The notes: generated from the sequence alone by a model not told the origin. DNA of 64,000 bases from a candidate division FCPU426 bacterium (GCA_963840035.1 CAWIXE010000002.1:352001-416000); one strand, 5' to 3'. Positions 40,348 through 50,414 are shown, numbered from the stretch's first letter. Translations and numbers: made by a program.

Positions 40348-42462
40348 GTGCGTAAAAGTGTATTCCTGTTTATTTGTCTGTCTATATTTATTTGTGGCAT
40401 TAATTCCACAGGGTATTCGGCGCCGTTAGATGACGCTATGGCAATAACATGGGAAACTGTGCAGGAGCCATTTTTTAATAAGTGGAATCCTTACGGAGTA
40501 GGGGCCAGGGCCATGGGCATGGGAGAGGCTTTTGCCGCCATTGCGGACGATGCCGCGGCTGTTTATTACAACCCGGCGGGTTTAGCGCAGATGGACCATA
40601 ATGAGGTTCATTGGACAGGTGGCAGTTTATATAAAGGTGTTCCGTATACGAATTTTGCATCATTTAACATGTCGTTAGGCGGCCAGTATTTTGCCGTTTC
40701 ATACCTGAAACTTTACCATCCCGTCGGAAGGTTTCCGGATAAAATTTCGATACCGACAGGAGGCGCTGGATCAGGCGGTGCAATTTTTACCGCATGGCCG
40801 ATGCTTGTGCCTGGTAATGCAACGTACGCCAACTGGTATGGGGACCTTGATCGTACATGGCAGGTATATCTCGGGGAGGCTTACAGAAGCTACATAAACC
40901 TTCCTTTCCAGGAAAATCAGATAGTGCTTACATATTCAACGCCGCTTACTGCTGATAAATCATTTGATTTCGGTTTGAACGTAAAATACCAGTTCACGGA
41001 CGCGGACGCCAAGAAAGCGCTTGGAACACCTTATGATGCATGGGCATGGGCCATTGACCTGGGCTTCCTTTACAAGCTGCGCATCATTGAATTTCTGAAG
41101 GATTTTAACATCGGCATAATGCTGCGTGACGTATCCGGAAGGGTCAAGTACTTTACCGGCATGGAAAAGCCTATTTATTTTACATCAACTGTAGCGCTCT
41201 CCATGAGGACTACGGAACTTATAGAAAAAGAAGTTACCAGTTTTTCAGCCGACTGGGACGCGGTCAATGATAACGGTGTATTCCAGGCAGAGAAAAACAG
41301 GGTGAAATTCGGTTTTGAACAGTGGTTTATGGACAGCCACTTTGCGGTACGCGGCGGGTTGATATGGCCCATGAACCAGGCGCCGTGGAGGCTGAGCATG
41401 GGTATTTCCGCAAGGTACCTGCTCGGCATAGACTACGCTTATGTGCGCGGCATTCCTTTCGATAAGAATGGAACGGATGGCGCCGACGGCGAAGGGGACA
41501 GCCACTGGGTGTCGCTATACTGGATGTGGGGGAAAGTACAGAGAAAGCTTCCTACACCGGATGTGTTTGCGGCTGTTGAGCCCATATCTTTCGCCCCGAA
41601 AAACGGCGAAACAGTCATATTCAAGCTTAACGCTTCTTCGCCTGCGGGCATAGACAGGTGGGCGTTAAACATACTTGATAAAAACAATAACCTTGTAAAA
41701 ACATATGTGGACATCGGAATGCCGCCTTCACAGATAGTCTGGAACGGCACGGACAATAAGTACCAGCTTTTAAATGACGGCGAGTATACCTTTATATTTG
41801 AAGCCACAGACAAACTTGGCAGCACTTCGTCAACGCCGGTACAGACAGTAAAGATATATACGCCGGTTATCGAGGCTGTTAATAATGAGGCGCTGAAGAA
41901 ATTAAGGCAGCTCTTAAATGAAATTAAGGACAGGGACTTAAGGGAAGATAACGCTGAAATGGCAAACGCCAAGACGCAGTTAGAGGCTTTAAAAAAGTCA
42001 AAGGAAAAACCGACGCCGGTACCGCCTCCGGTCGCAGGAACAATACCGGGATATGATAATATCGCGGCGGCGGGCACGCAGCCAAAGCCATCAACGGCTA
42101 CGGCAAGCCCTATATCCATAGTGGGATTCCCAAACATAGATTCAGGCGCTATTAGGTCTGCATACATTTCAACGCTTGCCGACGGGCAGAGGGAATTCTC
42201 CATGGACTACATGACCGATAACACGATACCGAAATATGTCATGAAGGAAATGGGGCTTATGGTCAAGTCCATCGCTGAAAGCCTCGGGATGTCAGTCGAC
42301 CGTATCGGAGTAAACGCGGTTTACGGGGACAATCAGAACCTGAACCTTTCAGTACCGATAGCACAGGCACAAAATTATATGCGCGGCACAATCACGGTTG
42401 AGCAGATGCTCCGCGGCGCGAATATAATGTTAAATAATGAAGCAATTTATCCTAATTTCTAG
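40348..42462 (+). CDS. PorV/FadL-like barrel fused to an FlgD-Ig-like domain and an unknown C-terminal domain
   Basis: GVGARAMGMGEAFAAIADDAAAVYYNPAGLA; IDYAY...SHWVSL; SFAPKNG...W.L.I.D....V......WNGTD.....DGEY. Confidence 0.75.
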   Translation: MRKSVFLFICLSIFICGINSTGYSAPLDDAMAITWETVQEPFFNKWNPYGVGARAMGMGEAFAAIADDAAAVYYNPAGLAQMDHNEVHWTGGSLYKGVPYTNFASFNMSLGGQYFAVSYLKLYHPVGRFPDKISIPTGGAGSGGAIFTAWPMLVPGNATYANWYGDLDRTWQVYLGEAYRSYINLPFQENQIVLTYSTPLTADKSFDFGLNVKYQFTDADAKKALGTPYDAWAWAIDLGFLYKLRIIEFLKDFNIGIMLRDVSGRVKYFTGMEKPIYFTSTVALSMRTTELIEKEVTSFSADWDAVNDNGVFQAEKNRVKFGFEQWFMDSHFAVRGGLIWPMNQAPWRLSMGISARYLLGIDYAYVRGIPFDKNGTDGADGEGDSHWVSLYWMWGKVQRKLPTPDVFAAVEPISFAPKNGETVIFKLNASSPAGIDRWALNILDKNNNLVKTYVDIGMPPSQIVWNGTDNKYQLLNDGEYTFIFEATDKLGSTSSTPVQTVKIYTPVIEAVNNEALKKLRQLLNEIKDRDLREDNAEMANAKTQLEALKKSKEKPTPVPPPVAGTIPGYDNIAAAGTQPKPSTATASPISIVGFPNIDSGAIRSAYISTLADGQREFSMDYMTDNTIPKYVMKEMGLMVKSIAESLGMSVDRIGVNAVYGDNQNLNLSVPIAQAQNYMRGTITVEQMLRGANIMLNNEAIYPNF

Positions 42463-42471
42463 GAGTGTTAT

Positions 42472-44151
42472 ATGAAAAAAAGGGTTAGCATCTTACTTGC
42501 GGCAGTATTACTGTCCGCGGCAACAGCTTTTGGGGGAGCTTTTGATAAAGGCGGAGTCCTGGGTATTGGCGGAAGGGCTACCGGCATGGGAGACGCATTC
42601 GGCGCCATAGCCGATGACGGCAGCGCTGTTTACTGGAATGCCGCGGGACTAACGCAGCTTGACAGGTCTGAACTGAACATATTTCTTGGCCCGCTTTTAA
42701 ACGGCAAGGAGTATTATACATTCCTTTCGTTTGGCGCGCCGTTTTTTCAGGATACGGCATGGCAGCTTTCTGTAATGTCGCTGATCCACAATGACAGCAA
42801 TAACACCAAGGAATTTACCGTGTATGGAAGTTTTGCCACAAACCTTAATCTCGAGAGGACTTTCTCAGTAGGAATAAATGTAAAATACCTTAATTACAAC
42901 TCCGCGGCGTCATTCCCGTCTTCTTCAGGAAACCTGCAGGGCCTGGCACACGGTCTCGGTATTGATATGGGAGTTCTTTACCAGATACCGCTCCCTCAGT
43001 GGGGAAAGAAACTGAACTTCGGATTATTCATACAGGATCTTGATACGAACCTTTACTGGTCTGGCGGATCCAGCACAGAGCAGATCCCGACAGTATTTAA
43101 AGTGGCATCAGCGTATTACCTCGAGGATAATCTCGTGGTATCCGCTGACTTTGATTTTTTTAAAGATTTGAATATAAGCGGACAGCCGCTTGAAACACCC
43201 ATATACGATTCGGTTAATAATGTTACAATAACGGCATTGACCCCGCAGGAAGACAGGATCCATGTGGGAGTAGAGGGCTGGTTCTTCAAAAAACACCTCG
43301 GACTGCGCGGCGGTTATACGGCGTTTGCGACCATGCAGGGAAGGTTCACCGGCGGTGTTACATATAAGGAAGATACATGGCAGGTCGATTACGCTTACAT
43401 AGGCCACGCAGAGCATCTTGGCGACTCACACAGAATAAACGTCGGGCTAAGATTCGGACAGCCGAGGGATCAGATTAGAGCTGTCAGCATCGTGCGTCCG
43501 CCAAAGGAACTCAAAGCATATCCGGCGAACACGGCTATTAATCTTACCTGGGAACCAAATGACGACCCTAACATAACGGGATATGCCATATACATGAGCA
43601 AATCGCCGGGGACCAGATATATACCCGTGGCAAAAAGAATAAAGGAAAATTACGTCACAATTGACGGGCTTCAGAACGGTACGCGCTATTATTTTGTGGT
43701 TGCGGCAATCAATAACACCTATCCGGCTGTTGAAAGCGCCTATTCAAATGAAGCCTCCGCTGTTCCGGCGCCTGTCGTACCCGGCACGCCCGAGGTATTC
43801 CCGATAGCGCAGACCAAGCCAATTGAGAAAAACGGCGTAGTGGACATCCCGTGGGGTTCCATGCCGCCGCCGAGGATAGCCGGCTACAATATTTATATTT
43901 CCGAGACATCAGGTAAGGGTTATGTAAAAGCAAACCCTGCTCCGATAAAAGATACGCACTATACGGTAAAGGGCCTTGAGGTCGGAAAGAAATACTACTT
44001 TGTCATGACATCAGTTACAAACGATACTCCGCCAATAGAGTCAAAGTTCTCAAGGGAAGTTGTTAATATAGCGAAACCCGAGAGCGCGCTTGGCGCGGAT
44101 GCAGCGCAGCCTGCGGCAGGCAATCAGAATAAGCCGGCAGGACAGCGGTAA
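42472..44151 (+). CDS. PorV-like barrel fused to two FN3 domains
   Basis: GIGGRATGMGDAFGAIADDGSAVYWNAAGL; VDYAY.....LGDSHRINV; two FN3 repeats (GY.IY.S...G..Y, GL..G..Y.FV). Confidence 0.8.
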   Translation: MKKRVSILLAAVLLSAATAFGGAFDKGGVLGIGGRATGMGDAFGAIADDGSAVYWNAAGLTQLDRSELNIFLGPLLNGKEYYTFLSFGAPFFQDTAWQLSVMSLIHNDSNNTKEFTVYGSFATNLNLERTFSVGINVKYLNYNSAASFPSSSGNLQGLAHGLGIDMGVLYQIPLPQWGKKLNFGLFIQDLDTNLYWSGGSSTEQIPTVFKVASAYYLEDNLVVSADFDFFKDLNISGQPLETPIYDSVNNVTITALTPQEDRIHVGVEGWFFKKHLGLRGGYTAFATMQGRFTGGVTYKEDTWQVDYAYIGHAEHLGDSHRINVGLRFGQPRDQIRAVSIVRPPKELKAYPANTAINLTWEPNDDPNITGYAIYMSKSPGTRYIPVAKRIKENYVTIDGLQNGTRYYFVVAAINNTYPAVESAYSNEASAVPAPVVPGTPEVFPIAQTKPIEKNGVVDIPWGSMPPPRIAGYNIYISETSGKGYVKANPAPIKDTHYTVKGLEVGKKYYFVMTSVTNDTPPIESKFSREVVNIAKPESALGADAAQPAAGNQNKPAGQR

Positions 44152-44166
44152 AAAAAGGAGAAACAT

Positions 44167-44967
44167 ATGATAAGCGGATTATACACGGCAGCGTCAGGTT
44201 TGATAGCCCAGGAACAGCAGCAGGAAGTAACATCCAACAACCTGGCAAACGTCAATACCAAGGGCTTTAAAAAAGATACCGCACTTTATGTGCCGTTTCC
44301 CACTGTGTTCCTCCACAGGATAAATGATGACAAGGTAAAGATACCCGGAGGAGTTACTGACACAATGTCACCCATAGGCTACATGGGAAGGGGGGTACAG
44401 CTGCGATATGACGGCATCAAGCCGAACCTTACGGAAGAAGGGTCCTACATACAGACGGACAACAAGCTCGATCTTTCCGTAAAAGGCAACGGTATGTTTG
44501 TGATTATGACGCCAAACGGCGTCAGGTATACACGCGACGGTAATTTTACCCTTGATTCGGACGGGGTGCTAGTCACGCAGTCAGGAAACCCGGTAATGGG
44601 CCATTCAGGGCAGATAGTGATGAATTCACACGACAACATAAACATCGACGAGGGCGGCAGGGTTTTTGACGGCAAAGAAGAGATTGACACGCTGCGCGTC
44701 GGGATATTCACAAAGGATGAGAACTTAAGGAAAGAAGGGGATAACCTTTTTTATAAACTGGACGGCGGTATGCTTCCGGAAGATGATTACGTTGAGGAAG
44801 TTTTCATAAAGCAGGGATACCTTGAAGGCTCCAATGTCAATGTGGTAAAGGAAATGGTCGGCATGATAACCGGTTACAGGGCTTATGAGGCGTCCCAGAA
44901 GGCGATAGCTGCGCAGGACCAGACGTTGAGCAAGGCTGTAAATGACGTAGGCGATATCAGGATTTAA
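44167..44967 (+). CDS. flgF: Flagellar basal-body rod protein FlgF
   Basis: NNLANVNT.GFK, YTRDGNF, LEGSNVNVV.EM; first of an F/G pair. Confidence 0.85.
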   Translation: MISGLYTAASGLIAQEQQQEVTSNNLANVNTKGFKKDTALYVPFPTVFLHRINDDKVKIPGGVTDTMSPIGYMGRGVQLRYDGIKPNLTEEGSYIQTDNKLDLSVKGNGMFVIMTPNGVRYTRDGNFTLDSDGVLVTQSGNPVMGHSGQIVMNSHDNINIDEGGRVFDGKEEIDTLRVGIFTKDENLRKEGDNLFYKLDGGMLPEDDYVEEVFIKQGYLEGSNVNVVKEMVGMITGYRAYEASQKAIAAQDQTLSKAVNDVGDIRI

Positions 44968-45012
44968 CTTTAAAACAGAAACTTTAAACTTATTCTATAT
45001 GGAGGTGTAAGG

Positions 45013-45801
45013 ATGTTAAGGTCACTTTGGACGGCGGCAACGGGAATGACGGCACAGCAGTATAACATAGATACCATTTCGAATAACTTATCCAATGTTA
45101 ACACAACGGCTTTTAAGAAAAACAGGGCTGAGTTTCAGGACCTGCTTTATCAGACGATAAGGCCGGCCGGCGTGACCAATAATATGGGAATGCAATATCC
45201 CACTCCCATTGAAATCGGACACGGTGTGAAGCTGTCTTCCACGCAGAAGTCCTTCATACAGGGCAACCTTGTGGAAACAGGAAACCAGCTTGACGTGGCC
45301 ATACAGGGCGAGGGCTTTTTTGAAGTCCAGCAGCCCAACGGGGAGATGGCCTATACGCGCGATGGTTCTTTTAAAATAGACGGTCAGGGTAACGTTGTAA
45401 ATTCAAACGGTTACTACCTCATGCCGGAAATATCGCTGCCGGTGGACACCACCAGCGTGGTCATAAGGGAGAACGGCGATGTAATAATCTCGACACCGGG
45501 AAATACGGATACGAACATAGTAGGGCAGATAAAGCTTCATAAGTTCATAAATCCGGCCGGTCTTGAATCCCTCGGCGGCAATAATTACAAGGAAACAGAG
45601 GCCTCTGGCGAAGCGGTAGACGGCCTTCCGGGGCTTGAAGGGTTCGGATCGCTCGCGCAGAAATACCTCGAAGCTTCAAATGTGAAAGTTGTCGAGGAAA
45701 TGGTAAACTTAATCACATCGCAGAGGGCATATGAAATAAACGCGAAGGCCATCACAACCTCGGATCAGATGCTCGGCATAGCCAATAACCTTAAAAGCTA
45801 A
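45013..45801 (+). CDS. flgG: Flagellar distal rod protein FlgG
   Basis: MLRSLWTAATGM.AQQ, FQDLLYQ, YTRDGSF, QRAYEINAKAI..SDQML. Confidence 0.95.
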   Translation: MLRSLWTAATGMTAQQYNIDTISNNLSNVNTTAFKKNRAEFQDLLYQTIRPAGVTNNMGMQYPTPIEIGHGVKLSSTQKSFIQGNLVETGNQLDVAIQGEGFFEVQQPNGEMAYTRDGSFKIDGQGNVVNSNGYYLMPEISLPVDTTSVVIRENGDVIISTPGNTDTNIVGQIKLHKFINPAGLESLGGNNYKETEASGEAVDGLPGLEGFGSLAQKYLEASNVKVVEEMVNLITSQRAYEINAKAITTSDQMLGIANNLKS

Positions 45802-45815
45802 GCAGTAACATATAA

Positions 45816-46766
45816 ATGAAATCAGGAATACGCGTTCTTCTTATGGCTGTTTTGTTTTTACCGAGTTTCGCAAAGGCTGATTCAGCAGCTGCGGTAATCC
45901 GGTCAAAGGATGTTTACCTGGCCAGTGATAAAATATACCTGCGAGATATTGCGGACTTCGTTAATGTGGCGGATTCGGACAGGGAAAAGCTTGACGCGTT
46001 ATATATTAAAAAAGCGGCAGCGCCCGGTTTTAAAACGGTAGTCACAAAAGTATATGTGAAAAACAAAGTCAACAAGCAGATAAGTTACCTGGAAATACAG
46101 GGGCCTGAATACATTAATGTTTATACTTCAGAAGCCTCTGTCCCGAGGGCCGATATTGAAAAGGCGGCCAGGGATTATATAGAAGCCAATATACCCTGGA
46201 AAAACGGGGAAGTTGATATAAATGTGAAGCATTCCGACGGGAATGTCTCGGTAATAGAAGGAACGGTTCTTTTAAAGGTAAAGGATAACGGGTTAAGATA
46301 CAAAGGAAACCTGACGGTCCCTGTAGAGATTATGGTAGACGGGAGATTTTATAAGACTGAAACAGTCTCCATGTCAGTGAAGGTATCGGCGTCATGCGCC
46401 CATGCCGCGGGTGAAATAAACAGGCGTGAAACAATTACCCCCGCCATGATATCCATGGAAAAGGATGATATTACTTTCATGCCGGAAGATGTCATTACAG
46501 ATGAAACATGGCTTAATAACAAGTCCGCGAAGCGCGTCATCATGCGCGGGTCCATTCTTACAAAAGATATGTTTGAAAGCCTTCCTGTTTTCAGGAGGGG
46601 CGCGAATGTCACTGTGATAGTGCGGATAAAGGGAATATCGATAAGTACGGAAGGCATAGCCGCAAATGACGCGAGGGAAGGCGATGCCGTAAAAGTTAAA
46701 CTTGCCACGGGTAAGACGGTGGACGGAAAAGCAGACGCTTCAGGAAGCGTAATCATAGAAAAATAA
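45816..46766 (+). CDS. flgA: Flagellar P-ring chaperone FlgA
   Basis: Signal peptide; SAF-like C-terminus (RG..V.V......I...G.A...A..GD.V.V); lies between flgG and flgH. Confidence 0.8.
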   Translation: MKSGIRVLLMAVLFLPSFAKADSAAAVIRSKDVYLASDKIYLRDIADFVNVADSDREKLDALYIKKAAAPGFKTVVTKVYVKNKVNKQISYLEIQGPEYINVYTSEASVPRADIEKAARDYIEANIPWKNGEVDINVKHSDGNVSVIEGTVLLKVKDNGLRYKGNLTVPVEIMVDGRFYKTETVSMSVKVSASCAHAAGEINRRETITPAMISMEKDDITFMPEDVITDETWLNNKSAKRVIMRGSILTKDMFESLPVFRRGANVTVIVRIKGISISTEGIAANDAREGDAVKVKLATGKTVDGKADASGSVIIEK

Positions 46767-46781
46767 CCAAGGAGAGTACAG

Positions 46782-47395
46782 ATGATAAACAGGAGATTGG
46801 CTGCGGCGGCAATGTTGTTCGCGGTGGTTTTTCTATCAGCGGCGCTTTTTGCTGACGACATAGCCAGGGAAGACGAAATTCAGTCAATGTACACAGACCA
46901 TAAGGCGTATAAGGTCGGAGACATTGTGACAGTGGTGGTCATAGAATCAACCGAAGGCTCACAGAGCGCTTCGCTTTCCACAAATAAGACTGCGAAAATG
47001 CAGGGCGGCATGGGCATGAGCTCATGGGGCGGCGGCAATGAAGCCCATTCCCATATGTACCGTCATGGGGGGCAGCCGGTTCCGAATATCAGGACGGCGG
47101 CGGCAAATCCATCAGAAAAGGCAGCCTTGTAGCCAAGATAGCGGCCAGAGTGGAAAAAGTTCTCTCTAACGGCAACCTGACCATAAAAGGCACAAAAGTG
47201 ATAAAGATTAACGATGAAGACCAGAACCTTGTCATTACAGGGGTAATAAGGCCCGAGGATATAAGCGCGGATAATACTGTGATTTCCATGAACGTGGCGG
47301 ATGCCATAATTCAATACGAAGGCAAGGGGCCAATCGGCGAAAAGACATCACCCGGAATTTTAACGAGAATACTTGACTGGCTCGGCATATTCTAA
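46782..47395 (+). CDS. flgH: Flagellar L-ring protein FlgH; frameshift at ~47045
   Basis: YTDHKAYKVGDIVTV..IE; alternative frame gives GSLVAKIAARVEKVLSNGNL.I.G.K, G.IRPEDI..DNTV.S..VADA. Confidence 0.88.
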
Positions 47396-47410
47396 TAAGG
47401 CGAGGTAAAC

Positions 47411-48556
47411 ATGAAGAATAAAAAATTATTTTTGATAACGGCCGCCATTCTTTTAACGGCGATTACGGCCACCGCGCTCTTTGCCGTTGAGTTAAGGGTC
47501 CGTAATGTGGCCAGATTCAAAGGCGTCAGGGATAACCAGCTGACGGGATTCGGACTTGTTGTGGGATTAAAAGGGACCGGCGACAGGAATTCCACCGTGT
47601 TCACAACGCAGGCTATGGTAAACATGCTGAAAAGATTCGGCATAGCCGACGCCCCCAGCCAGATAAAAGTCAGGAACGTCGCAGCGGTCATGGTTACGGC
47701 AAACCTTCCGGCGTTCACAAAAAAAGGCGACAAGATTGATGTTGTGGTTTCTTCCGTAGGGGACGCTAAGAGTGTGGACGGGGGAGTGCTTCTTTTAACT
47801 ACATTAAAAGGACTTGATGACAGCGTATATGTGGCGGCTCAGGGGCCTGTATCCACCGGTGAAGGCTCGTCAGGAATGAGCAATATCTCGTCGATGAGAA
47901 GCAGGATGACCACCGGAAGGGTTCCGGGCGGAGGCATGGTTGAAAAAGAAGTGCCGGTAACGTTTGTCGATGATAAGAACAATATGTTCCTGCTGTTGAA
48001 CATACCTGATTTCACTTCAGTTGACAGGATTACATACGCCATTAATTCGCAGTTCTGGGCAAAGGACGCTGATGGCAATGAGAAACCGATAGCTAACGCG
48101 GTTGACGCCTCCACCATCAGGATACACGTCCCATTTGATTTTCAGAATAATTATGTTGAATTCGCGGCCGCGGTTGAAGGACTTTATGTGGAGACGGAAG
48201 AACGTTCCAATAAAGTGGTGGTAAACGAGAGGACCGGTACGGTTGTTATGGGCGCGGATGTTTCCATAGACACATGCGCGGTTGCGCATGGTAATTTCAA
48301 TGTGAACATAAATGTAACCAAGCAGATATCACAGCCCAATCCGTTCATGCCGGGCGGGTCCGCCATGGTATATGAGGATTCGAATATTAAGGTTGAAGGC
48401 GGAGGCAAACAGTTTGTGAACCTTCCGCAGGGAGTAAATGTGCAGGACCTGGTTAATGCGCTGAATGTCTTAGGCGCATCGCCAAAAGATGTCATAAGTA
48501 TACTTCAGGCATTAAGGGCGGCTAACGCGCTGCACGCAGACCTGGAGATAATGTAA
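47411..48556 (+). CDS. flgI: Flagellar P-ring protein FlgI
   Basis: GVRDNQL.GFGLVVGL.GTGD, NVAAVMVTA.LP.F, VVNERTGTVV.G, LV.ALN.LG..P.D.I.ILQ. Confidence 0.95.
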   Translation: MKNKKLFLITAAILLTAITATALFAVELRVRNVARFKGVRDNQLTGFGLVVGLKGTGDRNSTVFTTQAMVNMLKRFGIADAPSQIKVRNVAAVMVTANLPAFTKKGDKIDVVVSSVGDAKSVDGGVLLLTTLKGLDDSVYVAAQGPVSTGEGSSGMSNISSMRSRMTTGRVPGGGMVEKEVPVTFVDDKNNMFLLLNIPDFTSVDRITYAINSQFWAKDADGNEKPIANAVDASTIRIHVPFDFQNNYVEFAAAVEGLYVETEERSNKVVVNERTGTVVMGADVSIDTCAVAHGNFNVNINVTKQISQPNPFMPGGSAMVYEDSNIKVEGGGKQFVNLPQGVNVQDLVNALNVLGASPKDVISILQALRAANALHADLEIM

Positions 48557-48559
48557 GGC

Positions 48560-48629
48560 AAGTGGGTAGTGGGTGGTTGGTAGTGGATAGCAGGACTAAT
48601 TGAAAATTGAAAATATAAAATTGAAAATT
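48560..48629. repeat. Two unpaired heptamer arrays: (TAGTGGG)-like x4, then (GAAAATT) x4
   Basis: aagtggg tagtggg tggttgg tagtgga; taatt gaaaatt gaaaata taaaatt gaaaatt directly before the RBS. Confidence 0.7.
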
Positions 48630-48640
48630 CAGGAGTTTAA

Positions 48641-49033
48641 ATGGCTGATTTTTTAGGAAGTTCAGAGATAGCGGCGAGAGCGGATATGCTGGGGATGACA
48701 AATAAGCTTCAGCAGGCTGAAATGCAGGCTCAGAAGACGGAAAAAGTCCATGACGCAAAGTATCTTGCTTCCATTAAAAAGGTATCTGAGGAGTTTGAAT
48801 CTATTTTTCTTGGGTACATGCTCAAACAGATGAGAAAAACCGTGCCGGACGATCCTTTATTCGGCAATTCAACGGCGAAGGACATATTTCTTGACATGCA
48901 TGACGAAGCCATGTCAAAGGATCTTGCAAAGGCCGGGGGCATCGGGCTTGCGGCGATACTTTATAAGCAGCTTGCCGGAGAGGGCATAAAACACCCCTTG
49001 CCGGTGCAGCCAAGCACAGACATAAAATTGTAA
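48641..49033 (+). CDS. flgJ: FlgJ, rod-binding domain only
   Basis: EFESIF...MLKQMRKT, M.D......LA..GGIGLA..LY.QL. Confidence 0.85.
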   Translation: MADFLGSSEIAARADMLGMTNKLQQAEMQAQKTEKVHDAKYLASIKKVSEEFESIFLGYMLKQMRKTVPDDPLFGNSTAKDIFLDMHDEAMSKDLAKAGGIGLAAILYKQLAGEGIKHPLPVQPSTDIKL

Positions 49034-49108
49034 TGTTATATTAGAATATCAGGCCGGAGAAATCCGGCCTTTATTATTACCGCTCAAATATGATAAACCG
49101 GAGATAAC

Positions 49109-49462
49109 ATGTCCCTTACTAACTGTGCCAGGTGCGGAAAAGTGTTTAATTCTGACAAAGGTCAGACGGTTTGCGCGGACTGCGGAATGGCTGAGAATCA
49201 TGACATGAAAAAGGTGGTTGACTACCTGCGAAAAAATCCCCTGGCAAGCGTTATGGAGGTACATGAGAAAACAGGCGTATCGCAGACGCAGATATTCAGG
49301 TTCATAAACAACGGAAGTTTTAAGATAACAAAGAGCGCCTCGCAGTTTAAGTGCCGCCTATGCGGGAAGGATATTAGCAAGGGGACGGTATGCCACGATT
49401 GCGATGCAAAGATAAAAGACGGGCTTATAAAGAAGCAGAGCCATAAAAAGCCTGTAAAATAA
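49109..49462 (+). CDS. Flagellar operon zinc-finger protein (YvyF/TIGR03826-like)
   Basis: NC.RCGK.F, C..C, YLR.NP, C..CG..I..G..C..C; upstream of flgM. Confidence 0.8.
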   Translation: MSLTNCARCGKVFNSDKGQTVCADCGMAENHDMKKVVDYLRKNPLASVMEVHEKTGVSQTQIFRFINNGSFKITKSASQFKCRLCGKDISKGTVCHDCDAKIKDGLIKKQSHKKPVK

Positions 49463-49496
49463 GGAAAATATAAGTTCTAAAAACCCAAAAAACAGC

Positions 49497-49523
49497 TAAA
49501 GTTTAAGTCGTTATATACGATAT
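49497..49523 (+). promoter_or_regulatory. Sigma28 (FliA) promoter
   Basis: TAAAGTTT-N11-TACGATAT versus consensus TAAAGTTT-N11-GCCGATAA, upstream of flgM. Confidence 0.7.
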
Positions 49524-49566
49524 ATTATTTGTAAGAGGAACAAATATATAAAAGGAGGAGATTAAA

Positions 49567-49869
49567 ATGGCAGCCATAAATAACATGGGAAACATCAATC
49601 CCATACTTCCCCAGAATCTCGGGGATGTACAACCGGGAAAAAACGCGGCACCAAAACCTGATGAGGCGGCAAGCCAGGGTGTAAGCGACAGGGTGGTTAT
49701 ATCAAAACAGGCAAAAGCCATAAGCAAGGCTGTTATTGCCATGAATGAATTGCCGGACGTCAGGGCGGACTTGGTCGAACAGGCAAAACAGCAGAGGCTT
49801 GTGGAAGGCGTCAGGGTGCCTGCAGGGCAGATTGCGGCAAAACTTTTGATTGAAGATAATTTGAAGTAA
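49567..49869 (+). CDS. flgM: Anti-sigma28 factor FlgM
   Basis: DRVVISKQA, PDVRADLV...K, IAAKLL; gene order. Confidence 0.8.
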   Translation: MAAINNMGNINPILPQNLGDVQPGKNAAPKPDEAASQGVSDRVVISKQAKAISKAVIAMNELPDVRADLVEQAKQQRLVEGVRVPAGQIAAKLLIEDNLK

Positions 49870-49875
49870 CGGCCA

Positions 49876-50391
49876 ATGATAAAAAACGGCTTGATAGGTG
49901 AATTTGTTGCGAGGATAAATGATCAAACGGGTTATTATAAAGCCCTTTTAGTGTTGCTCAATGACCAGCAGAAACTGTTGGCTTCGGGAAAAACAGACGC
50001 GAGAATGGAAGCCACGGCTAAAAAACAGGAAGAGATGATTGAAAAGATATCCGCCGTGGAAAAGGAAAAACAGGCTTTGTTGCTTGAGTTTGCGAAAGAG
50101 ACAGGACTGGAAGCCGGCACGGATATGACGATAGGCCCTATCCTTGAAAAAATGGAAAAAAAGGAAGCTGAAGAGATATGGAAAGCGCTGACGCCGCTGA
50201 TGTCGGCAATGAATGAAGCGGCCGCGGTAAATTCAAAAATTTCGCGCATGATGAAAAATTACGTTGATTTCTCGGAATTTTCCGAAAACATGAAAAAAAA
50301 GTTAAATGACAAAAGCCAGGTAACATATACCGTGGACGGCGAGAAAAAGGTGTTTGAAGAAAAGAAAAAGGGTTTTGATTCAAAAATATAA
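49876..50391 (+). CDS. flgN: Flagellar export chaperone FlgN
   Basis: Helical protein between flgM and flgK; C-terminal TY...G and FDSKI. Confidence 0.75.
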   Translation: MIKNGLIGEFVARINDQTGYYKALLVLLNDQQKLLASGKTDARMEATAKKQEEMIEKISAVEKEKQALLLEFAKETGLEAGTDMTIGPILEKMEKKEAEEIWKALTPLMSAMNEAAAVNSKISRMMKNYVDFSEFSENMKKKLNDKSQVTYTVDGEKKVFEEKKKGFDSKI

Positions 50392-50414
50392 TAAATGACC
50401 GAAGGGAGAAAAAA

